From positions 682,001 to 746,000 of the forward strand of contig AP026172.1 in the NCBI GenBank assembly GCA_030295235.1: a stretch of 64,000 nt of DNA, read 5' to 3'. Each line of letters opens with the position of its first letter. The first letter of the stretch is position 1. The notes under the pieces were generated by a model that was given only the letters and a program-made list of their open reading frames with translations, was not told the DNA's origin and ran no database searches. This DNA comes from Fistulifera solaris (taxonomy: Eukaryota). Position numbers and translations under genes: made by a program. Shown piece after piece: positions 1 to 11,284 of this stretch.

Positions 1-843
1 AAGTGGGCAGAAAAGGACAGGCTTCTCTCTTATTTTTCGCGGCATCAGTCATTTCCCATGGATGCAAGAGGATACCGAAGACCACGGATTTTCGACACAC
101 GACACCACTCCATAGAAAGCTCCCTTGTTTCGTTGGGTAGACTATTGCTACTCCCGTGTACCGTGCCCATTCTACTTTTGCTTTCCATACCTTTATTTTG
201 GACGCTGCTGACAATATGGTTAATTCACAAGGGTGTCTTATGGATGTTTGGTGACGAGACTGTGGGTAGGGGAGATAGTCGCCCGGACGGTGCGTCTGAA
301 GCAGCACAAACACCGGGCAGTGTATCGGCCGCAGGCACTCCCTACTGTCCCACCACACCGTTTGCCTCTCCCTCTGTAGCGACGTGGCGGGATATGTTGT
401 CGGGACGTGGATAGGGCATTGCAAGGGAAATGCTTCGTAACAGTGTGTTATCAATAAATATCTAGACACGATTATTCAGACAACGCTAGTTAGCTAGCTG
501 TAACTACCGGGACACACATTGACACATGAGAATTGAGAAGCGTCGTCCTTTCTCCAGAGATTCCTTCTAAAGATCTTTGAGACAAAGGAGATGTCGTATG
601 TTGGGAGATGGAAAACGTCATCCAGTTTTCGTTACTGTCACAGAAAGAGTGAGTGATGATATACATTAGGGAGTACGACGTTTTTCAATTCGTTTTTTTG
701 CCCACCACGAAAACGCGCCCGTTTTCCCAATAACAAAAACGTTTTCCTTCCATCAACTTGAACGTCATAGAAAGCACATTGACGTAACAATATACTCCAG
801 AGTATTTTGCAACCTGACAGATAATTGAAAAGAAGATCACAGA

Positions 844-1890
844 ATGATTTTTCGATCCGCTTTACTCTTTCACTTCATGAGCTGCGCGACTGTGGTGACA
901 GCACTTTCCGCTGAAGTGTCAAGAGCACATTTGCAACAAGCCTTTGCGTCGCCCTCGGGTAAGTTGACCTATTCACCGGAGCTCATCATTCCGGAACCCA
1001 ATGATCCGACGGCTATTTTGTTGCTTTCGAATGCCGTACAAAATTTGCCGTCGCGCATTCGTGCCTGCAAAGCGAATGCCGCCGTCTTGCAGGGCAGTGT
1101 ATCGGCTTTGCGTACCTTTGTCAATGAGCAAGAAGTGGCGCGTGGGAATTTTCCCGGTCCTGTTCCAGTCATCTATTCCGGATCGTTGGAACGTATGGAA
1201 GAGATTGCCCAAGCGGGTGCCGGAGGTATTTTGGTGTCGATCTGTGATGGACAAGAAATTTCATCTTTGTCAGATCTTGAATCAGAAGCGAAATGGAAGG
1301 AAATATGTCAATTAGCCATTCAATGTGGCATTCAACCAGTGCCTGAGATAACAATTGGCCATGTCACAGCTTCAAAATGGACGGAAGAGACTATGGAAGC
1401 TTTTGTCGACTGTTTCGCGAAAATCATCGGTGCGGATCCGGCAGCCCTCATCGTCACAATCAACTCAGAGAGCGACGACCAGGAAAGTCCCGTGGCGATT
1501 CCTCCCGTAAACAAAGCTCTTAACAGGAGAGTGCCGATTTTGGGTTCCGTTCGTGTTACGGCGGGTGAAGGCCGTTTGAATGAGGAATCACAGCGCTTCA
1601 AGGAAGCCGGCTTCTCGGGGACGTTGCTGCGCAGTGATTGTGTGCCCGGATTTCGCATGAACCCCAACTTAGAAATCGTCGCGGGATTTTGGGCGCATTG
1701 CATTGCGGATTTGAAAAGTACCAAAAGTAAATCCTTCTCGTTCCGTGCCAAAAATAACATGGAGAAGAATGCTCTGACCAACTGGGCCAATTATCAACAG
1801 AGTGTAATTGAGTCGGGTGCCTTAGGAGACCCGAATGATTCTTACTCAATTGTAAACGAAGCCGCTGGTGAATACAAAGGATTCGCTTAA
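844..1890 (+). CDS. Signal-peptide-bearing (probably plastid) TIM-barrel protein, indole-3-glycerol-phosphate-synthase-like; function uncertain
   Basis: Intact 348-aa ORF with a hydrophobic N-terminus (MIFRSALLFHFMSCATVVTA). The alternating beta/alpha pattern and segments such as EQEVARGNFPGPVPVI, AQAGAGGILV and CGIQPVPEI resemble algal IGPS-like proteins. Catalytic residues not confirmed. Confidence 0.55.
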   Translation: MIFRSALLFHFMSCATVVTALSAEVSRAHLQQAFASPSGKLTYSPELIIPEPNDPTAILLLSNAVQNLPSRIRACKANAAVLQGSVSALRTFVNEQEVARGNFPGPVPVIYSGSLERMEEIAQAGAGGILVSICDGQEISSLSDLESEAKWKEICQLAIQCGIQPVPEITIGHVTASKWTEETMEAFVDCFAKIIGADPAALIVTINSESDDQESPVAIPPVNKALNRRVPILGSVRVTAGEGRLNEESQRFKEAGFSGTLLRSDCVPGFRMNPNLEIVAGFWAHCIADLKSTKSKSFSFRAKNNMEKNALTNWANYQQSVIESGALGDPNDSYSIVNEAAGEYKGFA

Positions 1891-1928
1891 ATTTTTATTA
1901 TCTTGCTATGAACCATTTAATGTTTACT

Positions 1929-3082
1929 CTATTCTATTAGTTCGTCGTAACACGACTCGTCCGACTGTTGTGTAAAGCAATGACTGTCCATTCTATCTTG
2001 TTGGAGGGAAGGCCGATCACCATGATTTAACAGTTGCTGCTTGACAACCTCGAGATACCCCAGGCAATAGCTATTCATATCCAAAGCGTTCACTCGATTC
2101 TGTCGAAAGGGAGCTTCGCATTCTGCAGCAGCGCCATCGATGCCCAACCAAGCAAACGCACTTGCTGTGACGATCGGAATGGTGGCCCAACCCCATGTAG
2201 GACCCCAAATGTACGGAAAGAATAGCAAAGCGAACACAATAAAGGTGCGTAAGTGAGTCACGTACACAATCGGCAGCGGTGTTCCTCGGACTTTTCCAGG
2301 CCACCACAGCATTCGAGCAATTTATCCACGTGAGTTTCCAGTGCCGTCAAATGCCGCGACCGCATGAGTGCTATACCTGCAGGGGTAGTTTCGTTGACTT
2401 GAAACATAGCATTCATATGGTAACGGGCTTGATCTAGTGCGTAAATAGGGGCATGCGAACTATTCGACAAACGTCTCACTTCCCCTTCTGTTAAAACCCC
2501 GGCAAAATTTAGCACCGGCAGCTGCTTGACCCCGCGGAGTAATTCCATAACTGCAATCACAAAGGCTATAACCCATCGAATAGCTTCATCACGGTGATAG
2601 CGGTCGTGATCCGCATGAGCAATAGCGCTCGCGGAAAATCCTCTTGCACGGGCAATGAGCAAGCCCCACATGGTTCGCGCTCGCCAGAAACGACCGGCTG
2701 CCCGATTTAAACGGAATACCAACAGGAATGACATGGTGGTGTTGACAATAAGCGAAAAGAAAATCTCCCAGCTATCAAAAGTGTGATGTTGGTCTTTTGT
2801 CTTGAACCAAAGCTTGGCTATCAATGTATACACGATTGCGTGTAACACGAGTACGACAAAAGGCAGTAGAAACTGATCTAGCGCTCTGCCTTGCAGAACA
2901 AATAATGTCTTGATCCAACCATCGCTACTCTTGGGATAGTTCCTCTGACTGCTACCTTCCGCCAACAGCTGTGCGGTGCGAACATTTTCGAACTGAAGAA
3001 GCGACTGAATCAAAGGAGTCGGCTTGGCAACAGAGCAATCTTTTCCCATTTCATGCTCAGTTGGTCCTTTGTCGATCTGCAT
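1929..3082 (-). CDS. Bestrophin (UPF0187/YneE-type anion channel), copy 1; one frameshift at ~2292-2295
   Basis: Motifs LLVFRLNRAAGRFWRARTMWG, CCGGLEK/VRGTPLPIVYVTHLRTF and GIDGAAAECEAPF. ORFs 2258..3148 and 1929..2312 join if one A is restored in the GAAAAGTC run. Start codon approximate. Confidence 0.9.
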
Positions 3083-3560
3083 TCGATTCAAGTCACTGCC
3101 TGTGCTTCGTTTTAATTTTCCAGGCCTTATTGGCGAAATAGGCGACAACAGATAAAAGAATGGATGTTGGATTTCGAAAACAATGATTGCATGATGTGAA
3201 ACGGGTTGATGGCACGTTCTCGTCGTTGTCGCAAGTCGGGAGAACGTTCAAGGTTCACGCTCGGACTTGGAACATTCACGAAGATCGAACCGTCTTCATC
3301 TTTTCTACTGTTTACTATGAAGAGACTTACGTGGCAATCTTTGCCGTTTCTGGCATGGTAAGGTGTCAAGTGATGACGCATGTCAAGTGACACGTGGTCA
3401 CGGGTCAAGCTTCAAGCTTGTTGAGGAAAATCACTTCACATAATAACAATGCAAATCTTTCCAGCGATCTATCGTTGCACTGTCTTCACGATATGACAAG
3501 ACACGAGCCCTGAAACCTTTCCAACAACATTCGATCCGCGAACAGTACCGATCGATAATT

Positions 3561-4622
3561 CTAATCATTTTGCTCAACCTTGCTCAACAGCCAGAGCTCC
3601 GCATGATTCAATAATTGCTGTTTGACAACCTCAAGATACCCTAGACAGTAGCTATTCATATCTAACGCATTCACTCGATTTTTGTCGAAGGGGGCTTCAG
3701 CTTCGGCGGCCGCACCATCAATGCCCAACCAAGCAAACGCGCTCGCCGTCACAATCGGAATGGTGGCCCAACCCCAGGAAGGACCCCATAAATCACGGAA
3801 AGAAGAGCAAAGCAATCAAAATAAAAGTCCGTAAATGTGCCACGTACACAATCGGAAGCGGTGTCCCACGGATCCGTTCGAGTCCACCACAGCATTCGAG
3901 CAACATGTCGACGTGTGTTTCCAGTGCCGTCAAATGCCGGCATGCATCTGTGCCACACCTACCGGAGTATATTCGGTGACACGAAAAATGTCATTGATGT
4001 GATACCGTGCTTCATCAAAGGCATAAATGGGAGGGTGCGTGTTCGCCGATAAACGGTAGACTTCGTCTTTGGATAATATTCCGGCAAAATTCAAAATTGG
4101 CAATTCCTTGACACCTCGCAGTAGTTCCATGCTCGCAATGACCGATGCCACGATCCATCGGATCGCTTCATCGCGGTGATACAGCTTATCCTCAGCCGTA
4201 TGGGCAATGATACAAGCCGAAAAAGCCCGAGCCCGGGCAATGAGCAATCCCCACAAAGTCCGTGAGGACCAGTACCGATCCGCGGCTCGATTGAGACGAA
4301 ACACCAGCAAAAATGACAAGGTCGTGTTAATGACGAGCGAAAAGAACATTTCCCAGCTTTCCATCGCACGATCGTTGCGTTGCAACCAGAGTTTCGTTAA
4401 CAGAGTGTACACAATCGCATGCAACACCAGCAGTGTCAGAGGCACGGCAATGAGATCGAGAGCTCGTCCCTCAAGAACAAAAATGGTTTTCATCCATCCG
4501 TCATTGCTTTTGGGATAATTTCGTTGACAACTGCCTTCGGCGAGCAATTGTGCGGTTCGTACATTCTCGTATTGTAAAAGTGATTGTAGCAGTGGAGTTC
4601 TGTTTTGCTGCTCTTTCGACAT
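3561..4622 (-). CDS. Bestrophin (UPF0187-type), copy 2; two indels (~3938 and ~3792)
   Basis: LLVFRLNRAADRYWSSRTLWG; manual translation across the breaks gives RHLTALETHVDMLLECCGGLERIRGTPLPIVYVAHLRTF; C-terminus GIDGAAAEAEAPF. Very similar to copy 1. Confidence 0.88.
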
Positions 4623-5128
4623 GTGTAGTAGTTTTTTTTGATCGAATGGAGACGGACTGTGCAAAGAATGAATAAGAGAGAGAAACAGTTTCAAAAAAGA
4701 GAAAACACTTTGACGTTCAATTACCAGGTACCAGTATTGTCGTCGTCGTCGTCTCGCGTCAATGTGTTTTCGCATGGCAAACGAAAAAAAAAAGCGAAAA
4801 AAATAAAGAAGCGAGACGAATAATTTGCCACGCGCGCGAGAGGAGGATGGAGGAGTGTCGTCGTCGTCGGGCGTACAATTGCGCGTCTGCCTGCCTGTTC
4901 GCTTGTGGTTGTGGCGCCTTTCCAATAAACTCGAAAAAACGCTCGCGAAGAGAGCGCGGCGTTCTTGTCTCTTCATAGCGCGAAAAAATATCCTGAATGA
5001 AATGCATCCTCATTATTATTTGTACTTTACACACTTTCTTTGAAAAGATTTGAGCACATCAATCATAATGAACTAAAAACCAAGCAACTAAACTAGTATT
5101 CTTGCTCTGTGAGTTGTCTCGGCATCAA

Positions 5129-6364
5129 ATGTCAAAGATAAGCAGCAACCATAAGAGAGCTCGGACACTTGACGACGACCGTGATGATGCCTCTTCCGCG
5201 GACTATTATTACGCTGTTCTTGGCGGAACCGAAACGGGCATTCTGTCGAGTTGGTTTCGTGTCATGGAATGGACCGGTCAACATTTACATTCCTACCAGA
5301 ACAAAGATTTCATTTTGGAAGATTTGCGACTGGAAATTCGACAACTCACTCGACAACTGATCGAAGTCAAACGGAGGATGCGTACTGTCGGTGATCATTA
5401 CAGGGAAGCTCGACGAGCCAGTAATCCGTACGAATTTTTAGGAGAAGGACAGAACGGAGGACTCAATTCGCTGTTTATGAATCGTTCCGCAATCAAATTG
5501 GCAAATTTGGATGCATTGCTCGATTGGCAACTCACTATTCAACCAAATTTTGGTCCCTTTCGGTTTGTGGATTTGTGTGGAGCACCGGGAGGTTTCTCGG
5601 AATATCTCATGCGACGGTGTGTCAATTTGGGTGTACACGAATGTCATGGATACGGTATGTCGTTGTTGGGTGGCAATGAATATGGTGCGGGCGTGGCCTG
5701 GAAAATCGGTGACTTTTGTGATTTTCAACAACGTACCAAATTAAAGTATCAAGTATGCTGGGATGGAAGCGGCGATATCTTGGATTGGAACAACGTGCAG
5801 GAGCTCATTGCGACGGTTTCGAAAGACTCGGAAACGTCGAAAGTACAGTTAGTGGTAGCCGATGGAGGCTTTGATGCGCAACGGAATGCTGAAGATCAAG
5901 AAGGCATGACACAAAAACTCATTGTGTGTGAAGTAGCGGCTGCCTTGGAGCTGTTAGACGTCGGAGGTACTTTAGTGCTCAAACTGTTTGGCTTTCAGAC
6001 ACCCGTCGTGCAATGTGTGATGCGGTATCTCTACGCATCATTCGAACGCATGGTGGCGTTAAAACCGATCAGTTCACGGCCCGCATCGGCGGAGCGATAT
6101 GTCGTCTTTGTCAATTTTCGAGGAAATGCGTCCAATTTTGATGGTCAATGCTGGAAGAATCAAATGTTTCTCGGTCAGTTCGTTGCGGATGTGCCGACGG
6201 AAAAGCTGGATTTGTACCTTGGTGAATTTGATCGAAATATGCTTGTGCTGAATCTCAAAGCCTGCCATACAATGTTGTCGTTCATGAAGCGCGAGGAGTC
6301 CTGGGATATCCCGGAACTCTCGATCGATGCTGACGATTACCGATTGTGCTGGAGGCTCATGTGA
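5129..6364 (+). CDS. CMTR1: FtsJ/RrmJ-type cap-specific mRNA 2'-O-methyltransferase (CMTR1-like)
   Basis: NRSAIKLANLD, FVDLCGAPGGFSEY (SAM binding), VVADGG, LVLKLF and KPISSRPASAERY supply the K-D-K-E tetrad. Intact ORF; first ATG at 5129. Confidence 0.85.
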   Translation: MSKISSNHKRARTLDDDRDDASSADYYYAVLGGTETGILSSWFRVMEWTGQHLHSYQNKDFILEDLRLEIRQLTRQLIEVKRRMRTVGDHYREARRASNPYEFLGEGQNGGLNSLFMNRSAIKLANLDALLDWQLTIQPNFGPFRFVDLCGAPGGFSEYLMRRCVNLGVHECHGYGMSLLGGNEYGAGVAWKIGDFCDFQQRTKLKYQVCWDGSGDILDWNNVQELIATVSKDSETSKVQLVVADGGFDAQRNAEDQEGMTQKLIVCEVAAALELLDVGGTLVLKLFGFQTPVVQCVMRYLYASFERMVALKPISSRPASAERYVVFVNFRGNASNFDGQCWKNQMFLGQFVADVPTEKLDLYLGEFDRNMLVLNLKACHTMLSFMKREESWDIPELSIDADDYRLCWRLM

Positions 6365-6997
6365 CAGCCATCTTGAAAACTAGATTGTAGATTGTCTATC
6401 CAAGTGGAACTTACTGCGACGCTTTACAGTACTGCGCGATTCGCACTTCTGGTAAGGCGACGATCTTGCTTCATTCAAAGCTAAATACACAAAGGAATAA
6501 CATGATATGGTGGAAAGGGATGAAACTCTCTTGTTGCGGATATATTAAAATAAACCAGATGGTGGACGGCTTTTTCCGCCAAAACATATTCACGGCGATT
6601 GCTCTCTAAGACAACTCATTGAAAAGAGACAGGAGAAGAATGGAAATTTGTTGAAAGCGAGCAGGTAAAATGAGCTGTACATTGACCGTGCTTGTTTTTA
6701 GGTAATGACCCAAAAAGTAAGTTGGACATTAGCTAGGTCACAGGTGATAGCAATTAATATATCACTGCTTTCTCGGTAAATTCAAAACAACAACTTTGAC
6801 GGGGCAAATAGATCACTAATCCTTGCTTCATGAAACAGCTGTTTATAAGGTCTGTGTTCTCTAGTTGCTTTGTTCGCGTGGTAAGCCGACTACGTGCAAT
6901 AAGATCTGCATTCTGCAGTATTAATATGAGTACCCAAGTTGACGGAAGCTACAACGGTACCAGTATCGACAGTTTTTCCTCTGAAATTTTTTCTGAG

Positions 6998-8150
6998 TTA
7001 TTCAGTGTTGCGCATCGTGATCCTATATTCGGAAAGAAAAACTAATGAATTGGCACAAAATGTCCGCCTGATTCGACACAACACTGAAGTGAGTTGAAAG
7101 CTTTTTGACGCGCTTTCAGTCAGTGCCGCTGTCACTAGCGAGGGTCTCGCGGACGTCGACTCTGTTACTAGCCTTGCGGATCCACTGTAGATATGATGTA
7201 GCAAATAAAGGTTGTCGATCTTTTTATTTGGATACCTTTTACCTGACCTTTCAAGTACAGTGATATGTCGGTTGCGTTCGAGCAACTGCTCCAGCAAGGA
7301 ATATTGTGGGTGGCGCAGTTTTGGGTCATCCTCATGACATTCTCCCCATTGGTAGCATTGAACTGTGAAAGTACGAAGTCCTGCGTGCTTTTCCATAGCT
7401 TGGAACATGTCCTTCAAGTGAAGGCTCCAGTCCAAAAGCCAATATGACCCACTTAAATCCTAATGCGGCATGTTGGAATTCCCGTTGATAACACGGACCC
7501 ACGCTTCCGCAAGAGGTTGTACAAACTCGTTTAAGTACAGCGCCAATCTCCACAAGAAAGTATTCGTCCACTGAAAAATCAAACCCCTCGAAATGGCCCA
7601 ACGCAGCCACTCAGTTCAAAGAATTTTAAATTGAGATCCTTAGTCGCTATATTGAAAGATTCAAAATCTTCGGGTCTCCTGTATTTCACATCGACTTGGT
7701 AGTCCCAGGCCTTCACGTGGGCGGAGAAAGGAAGAGGGACTGAACCTGCATTACTGTCTTAGGGTCGATGCAGTTTGGTGCGGCTGATGGAAAATGTATC
7801 ACTATTGCAGAGAAGGTTGATGTGATCCCAGCTGCAACAGAAAGCGAACCGAAGGACGATTTTCGTTTCGCTAAGGCATTAATAAACGCCGTCCCCTCAT
7901 CATCGAAAACGAAACCGCTCGTCTTTTCAAAAAAAGTCAGCCATAAATCCAAAGGATATGATCGCTAAGGGAGTGGTTTGTATTCCAGCACCCTGTTCGA
8001 AAATCAAAACAGCGTCCCTGCTTTGTATCCGGTATACAAACCAGTTGTTCAACTTGGAGTGCCGCAAAGGTTAACAGAATTCTTTGCGATGCGCGACGAA
8101 TCTCAACTTGTTTCTCATGGGCAAAAAATTTTTAGCGCGTGTTCCCTTCT
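6998..8150 (-). pseudogene. Degenerate member of an expanded diatom hypothetical (RNI/LRR-like) gene family
   Basis: Collinear fragments in several frames with stops: RSYPLDLWLTF..GFVFDDEGTAFINALAKRKSSFGSL, LLEQLLERNRHITVL..KIDNLYLL..GSARLVTESTSARPSLVTAALTESAS. They resemble a multicopy family I recall from Fistulifera; ends approximate. Confidence 0.5.
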
Positions 8151-8260
8151 ACTCCACTAATTATGAACAGAAAAGACCCTTAGTTTTGTTTCTCAGACTT
8201 TTGCTGGAAACTATAACACGAGAGGGAACTGCAGTTTCTCTAAAAACCCGGCCACAGGCG

Positions 8261-9357
8261 TCAAACGTTGCATTGCTCTTTTGGAATTGTTCCATTCCGT
8301 TTTGTGTGTTGCTGCAATTGTTGCATAGTTCCTTGAATGACAAGAAGACAATAGCTATTCATGTCAAGTGCATTTCTCCGCACGGGAGAAAAGGGATACT
8401 CGGCATCCATCGATGCCGCTTCAATACCAGCCACGCAAAGGATGTGACAGCGACAAACGGAATCGTGGCCCAACCCCAGGACGGTCCCCAAGCATATGGA
8501 ATCATGAGCAAAGATAAGAGAAGAAAGGTTCTCAAGTGAGAAACATAAACGATAGGAAGAGGCGTAGCTTTGATTCGCTCCATAGCACCACAACACATCA
8601 TCAGTTCATCAATCATCGTTTCCATTTTTTCTAAATTTTGAGTTTTTCGATTTGCTATACCAATCGGGGTTTCTTCATCAATCGCAAATACTCGTGCGAG
8701 GAAATACCGAGCTTGATCCGTCGCATACATTGGCGGATGATCGACTCCAGCCATTTCCTGGAATTGACGTTCGCAGAGTACACCCGCAAAATTTTCCTTC
8801 GGTGGCACCTTGACATCCCGCAGTCGTTCCATAGTCGCAATCACAAACGTCAGAATCCACTGAATGACACGATCACGATCTTCTTTGTGTTCGGCATGAG
8901 TGACAAGACCCGAAACCAAGTTTCTCGTAATCGCAATGATTTGACCCCATTTGATTCTCGACGTCCACCATCGATCAGCCGCTCGATTCAAACGAAACAC
9001 CAGTAACAGCGACAATGTAGTGCTCAATACGAGAGGAAAAAAGACTTCCCACACTTCCAGTTCGTGTCTCGCAAGATCCATCACGAGCTCCTGCACGATA
9101 CAATATCCGACGGCGTGCAACACGGAAAGGAAAAACGGACTCGCAATCAAATCGAAAGAGCGTCCTTCCCAAATGAACAAGGTCCGCAACCAGCCATCAC
9201 GACTTTTGGGATATTCAATTTGAAAGTGACCTTCTTGTTTGAACGTGTTGATCAAAGTCTGGTAACTGAGAGTAATCGTTTGTAATAAATCATGGCTCTC
9301 CTGAGACCCCTCATCGTCATGCGAAGAAACGGTCGGTAGCTTTTTAGCATCCAGCAT
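8261..9357 (-). CDS. Bestrophin (UPF0187-type), copy 3 (more divergent); frameshift at ~8428
   Basis: LLVFRLNRAADRWWTSRIKWG, CCGAMERIKATPLPIVYVSHLRTF; FAWL/GIEAASMDAEYPF is restored by one G. Confidence 0.9.
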
Positions 9358-9926
9358 TTTGCGGATGCCTCGCTTTCGCCTGAATAATATAGTTTTGATA
9401 AAAGTCTTTTTTGTGAATGACAATACCAGGTATGCGACCTGTTCGGAAAGAAGAATGAACCATCATTTCCTCCTTCGAAATGAAGAAATACAAAAAGAGG
9501 AAAAGCGCAGCTTGGAGATGCGCAAAAATGATGCAGTCCCATTTCCACGGGATTCTTTTGTTCAGATAACGAATAACGGTCGACGTACATACTCAGAGTC
9601 AGCTGTCGGTCGATGTCGTCGTCGTGTCATGTCTCCCATTCCCATGTCCCATGTTCCATGTCGCATGTCGACATGTCGATGGCAACTTTACACTTTGCTT
9701 CCCTCATCGATTTAGCCGGTTGACGGACGTACGGTAGTCAGTCACGAGATTCTAATGAGTCGTGCCAAGGAAGTTGATGCGGTATTTGGAAAGATACTTC
9801 CTCAACGAGCCGACGCTGCCTGGTACGCGACACCACGACGTGCAATGTGTCTTCCGTGTTCTCCTTGTTGCAAGTGGATTCTCACTCGATTGCGTTGCTT
9901 TAGAATTCACCGATAATAACACGACC

Positions 9927-10643
9927 ATGAAGTCCTTTTCTGCCCTTGTTGTTGCAGCCATGGCCGCTTCGGCCTCGGCGTTTGCCCCCACTGCCACGAA
10001 GAGCACCAGCACCGCGTTGAAAGCCGAAGAACGCCTCTGGAACAGCATGGTGGACAAAACCCAGCGCTCCAAGGCCGTTCCTTACTTGCCCCGCCCGATC
10101 AACTTGGACGGAACCCTTCCCGGTGACCAAGGCTTTGATCCTTTCTACCTTTCCTCAATCCCCAAGAACTTTGCTGGATTTATTCAACCGCCTTCGTGGG
10201 AGGAAACAAAGGGCATCCCCACTCTTTACTGGATGCGCGAAGCCGAAGCCAAGCACGGACGTATGGCAATGCTTGCCGTCGTCGGATGGATCGTCGCTGA
10301 CAGCATCCGCTTGCCTTTCTCGCAATTTTCGTTCGACGCCATCCCCAACTCCTACAATGCTCACAACATCCTTGTGGAGCAAGGAACCATGGTGGTATTC
10401 TTGCACGCTCTAGGACTCGTCGAAGTTTGCAACGGAGCCGCCCTTGTTCAAGTTTCCAAGGGAGAAAGCGACCGCGAGGCCGCTGACTTTGGATTTGACG
10501 GTGGATACTTGAAAGGCAAGACAGAAGCTCAAATCTTCAAGCTCAAGACACAGGAGATCAACAACGGCCGCCTTGCCATGTTGGCGTTCGGAGGAATTGC
10601 CACCCAGACTGCTTTGGGACACCCAGACTTTCCCTACTTTTAA
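9927..10643 (+). CDS. Light-harvesting fucoxanthin-chlorophyll a/c-binding protein, Lhcr-type
   Basis: Bipartite presequence MKSFSALVVAAMAASASAFAP; LDGTLPGDQGFDP; helix 1 WMREAEAKHGRMAMLA; helix 3 EINNGRLAMLA. Confidence 0.95.
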   Translation: MKSFSALVVAAMAASASAFAPTATKSTSTALKAEERLWNSMVDKTQRSKAVPYLPRPINLDGTLPGDQGFDPFYLSSIPKNFAGFIQPPSWEETKGIPTLYWMREAEAKHGRMAMLAVVGWIVADSIRLPFSQFSFDAIPNSYNAHNILVEQGTMVVFLHALGLVEVCNGAALVQVSKGESDREAADFGFDGGYLKGKTEAQIFKLKTQEINNGRLAMLAFGGIATQTALGHPDFPYF

Positions 10644-11284
10644 GCAAAAAGATTTTCATGTCGAAATGCTTTGCAAGATGATGCCTTCTAACTGGATTTT
10701 CGTCGACAATTACATAGAATGATTTCTAGCTAGATGGTGTTTAGTCTCTCGAAACCCTTTGGGTACGGCATAAACTATAGCTAGCTGTCTCAATATGGTT
10801 TATACTTCTAGTATGCCGTTAGACACCTTTTTGATTTGCGTCATAGTCGGCTTTCGGCTACGACAAACAAAAAGATAAAGAAGGCACCCCTCGTTGAAAC
10901 GAGTGAACAGTTGTGACCGGTTACCATCTCTTTCGACAGCATGTGACCTCTTAAAGACAAGTGCTTAGTCGCCTATTTTCGTGACTGTTCGGTGATGCAT
11001 CCTTACTATTAAACTATTCTTTTTTGCTCATTCACGATGCTCTTAGCTCATCATAGCCATCAGCACGCCGCGGTGCGACGTACAGACCACAGGACCCGGA
11101 AGTTGACCCGATCTTTTGAAGTGCGATCCTTTTTGCCTCACTCTATATTGCTATAGTGCAGCCGATAGCAAAAGTTGAAAAAGAGAGATCGCAGCGCTGA
11201 CAGGACACGCACGCACTTCCTCGTCAAAATAGCGTTCAATCTCCATCGCCTTCAAAAGTCTAAAGCAAAATACGTGCAGTAACC

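Noticed and set aside
58..414. 118-aa ORF with a hydrophobic segment
   Set aside because: No recognisable motif and it lies at the window edge; cannot be supported as a gene.
4625..4976. 118-aa N-terminal extension of bestrophin copy 2
   Set aside because: It runs through A-tract and CGT-repeat promoter-like DNA shared with CMTR1; similarity to copy 1 starts only near the Met at 4622.
2258..9423. Programmed ribosomal frameshifting shared by the three bestrophins
   Set aside because: The breaks are at different positions in each paralogue, with no common slippery site, and similar indels hit unrelated genes across the window.
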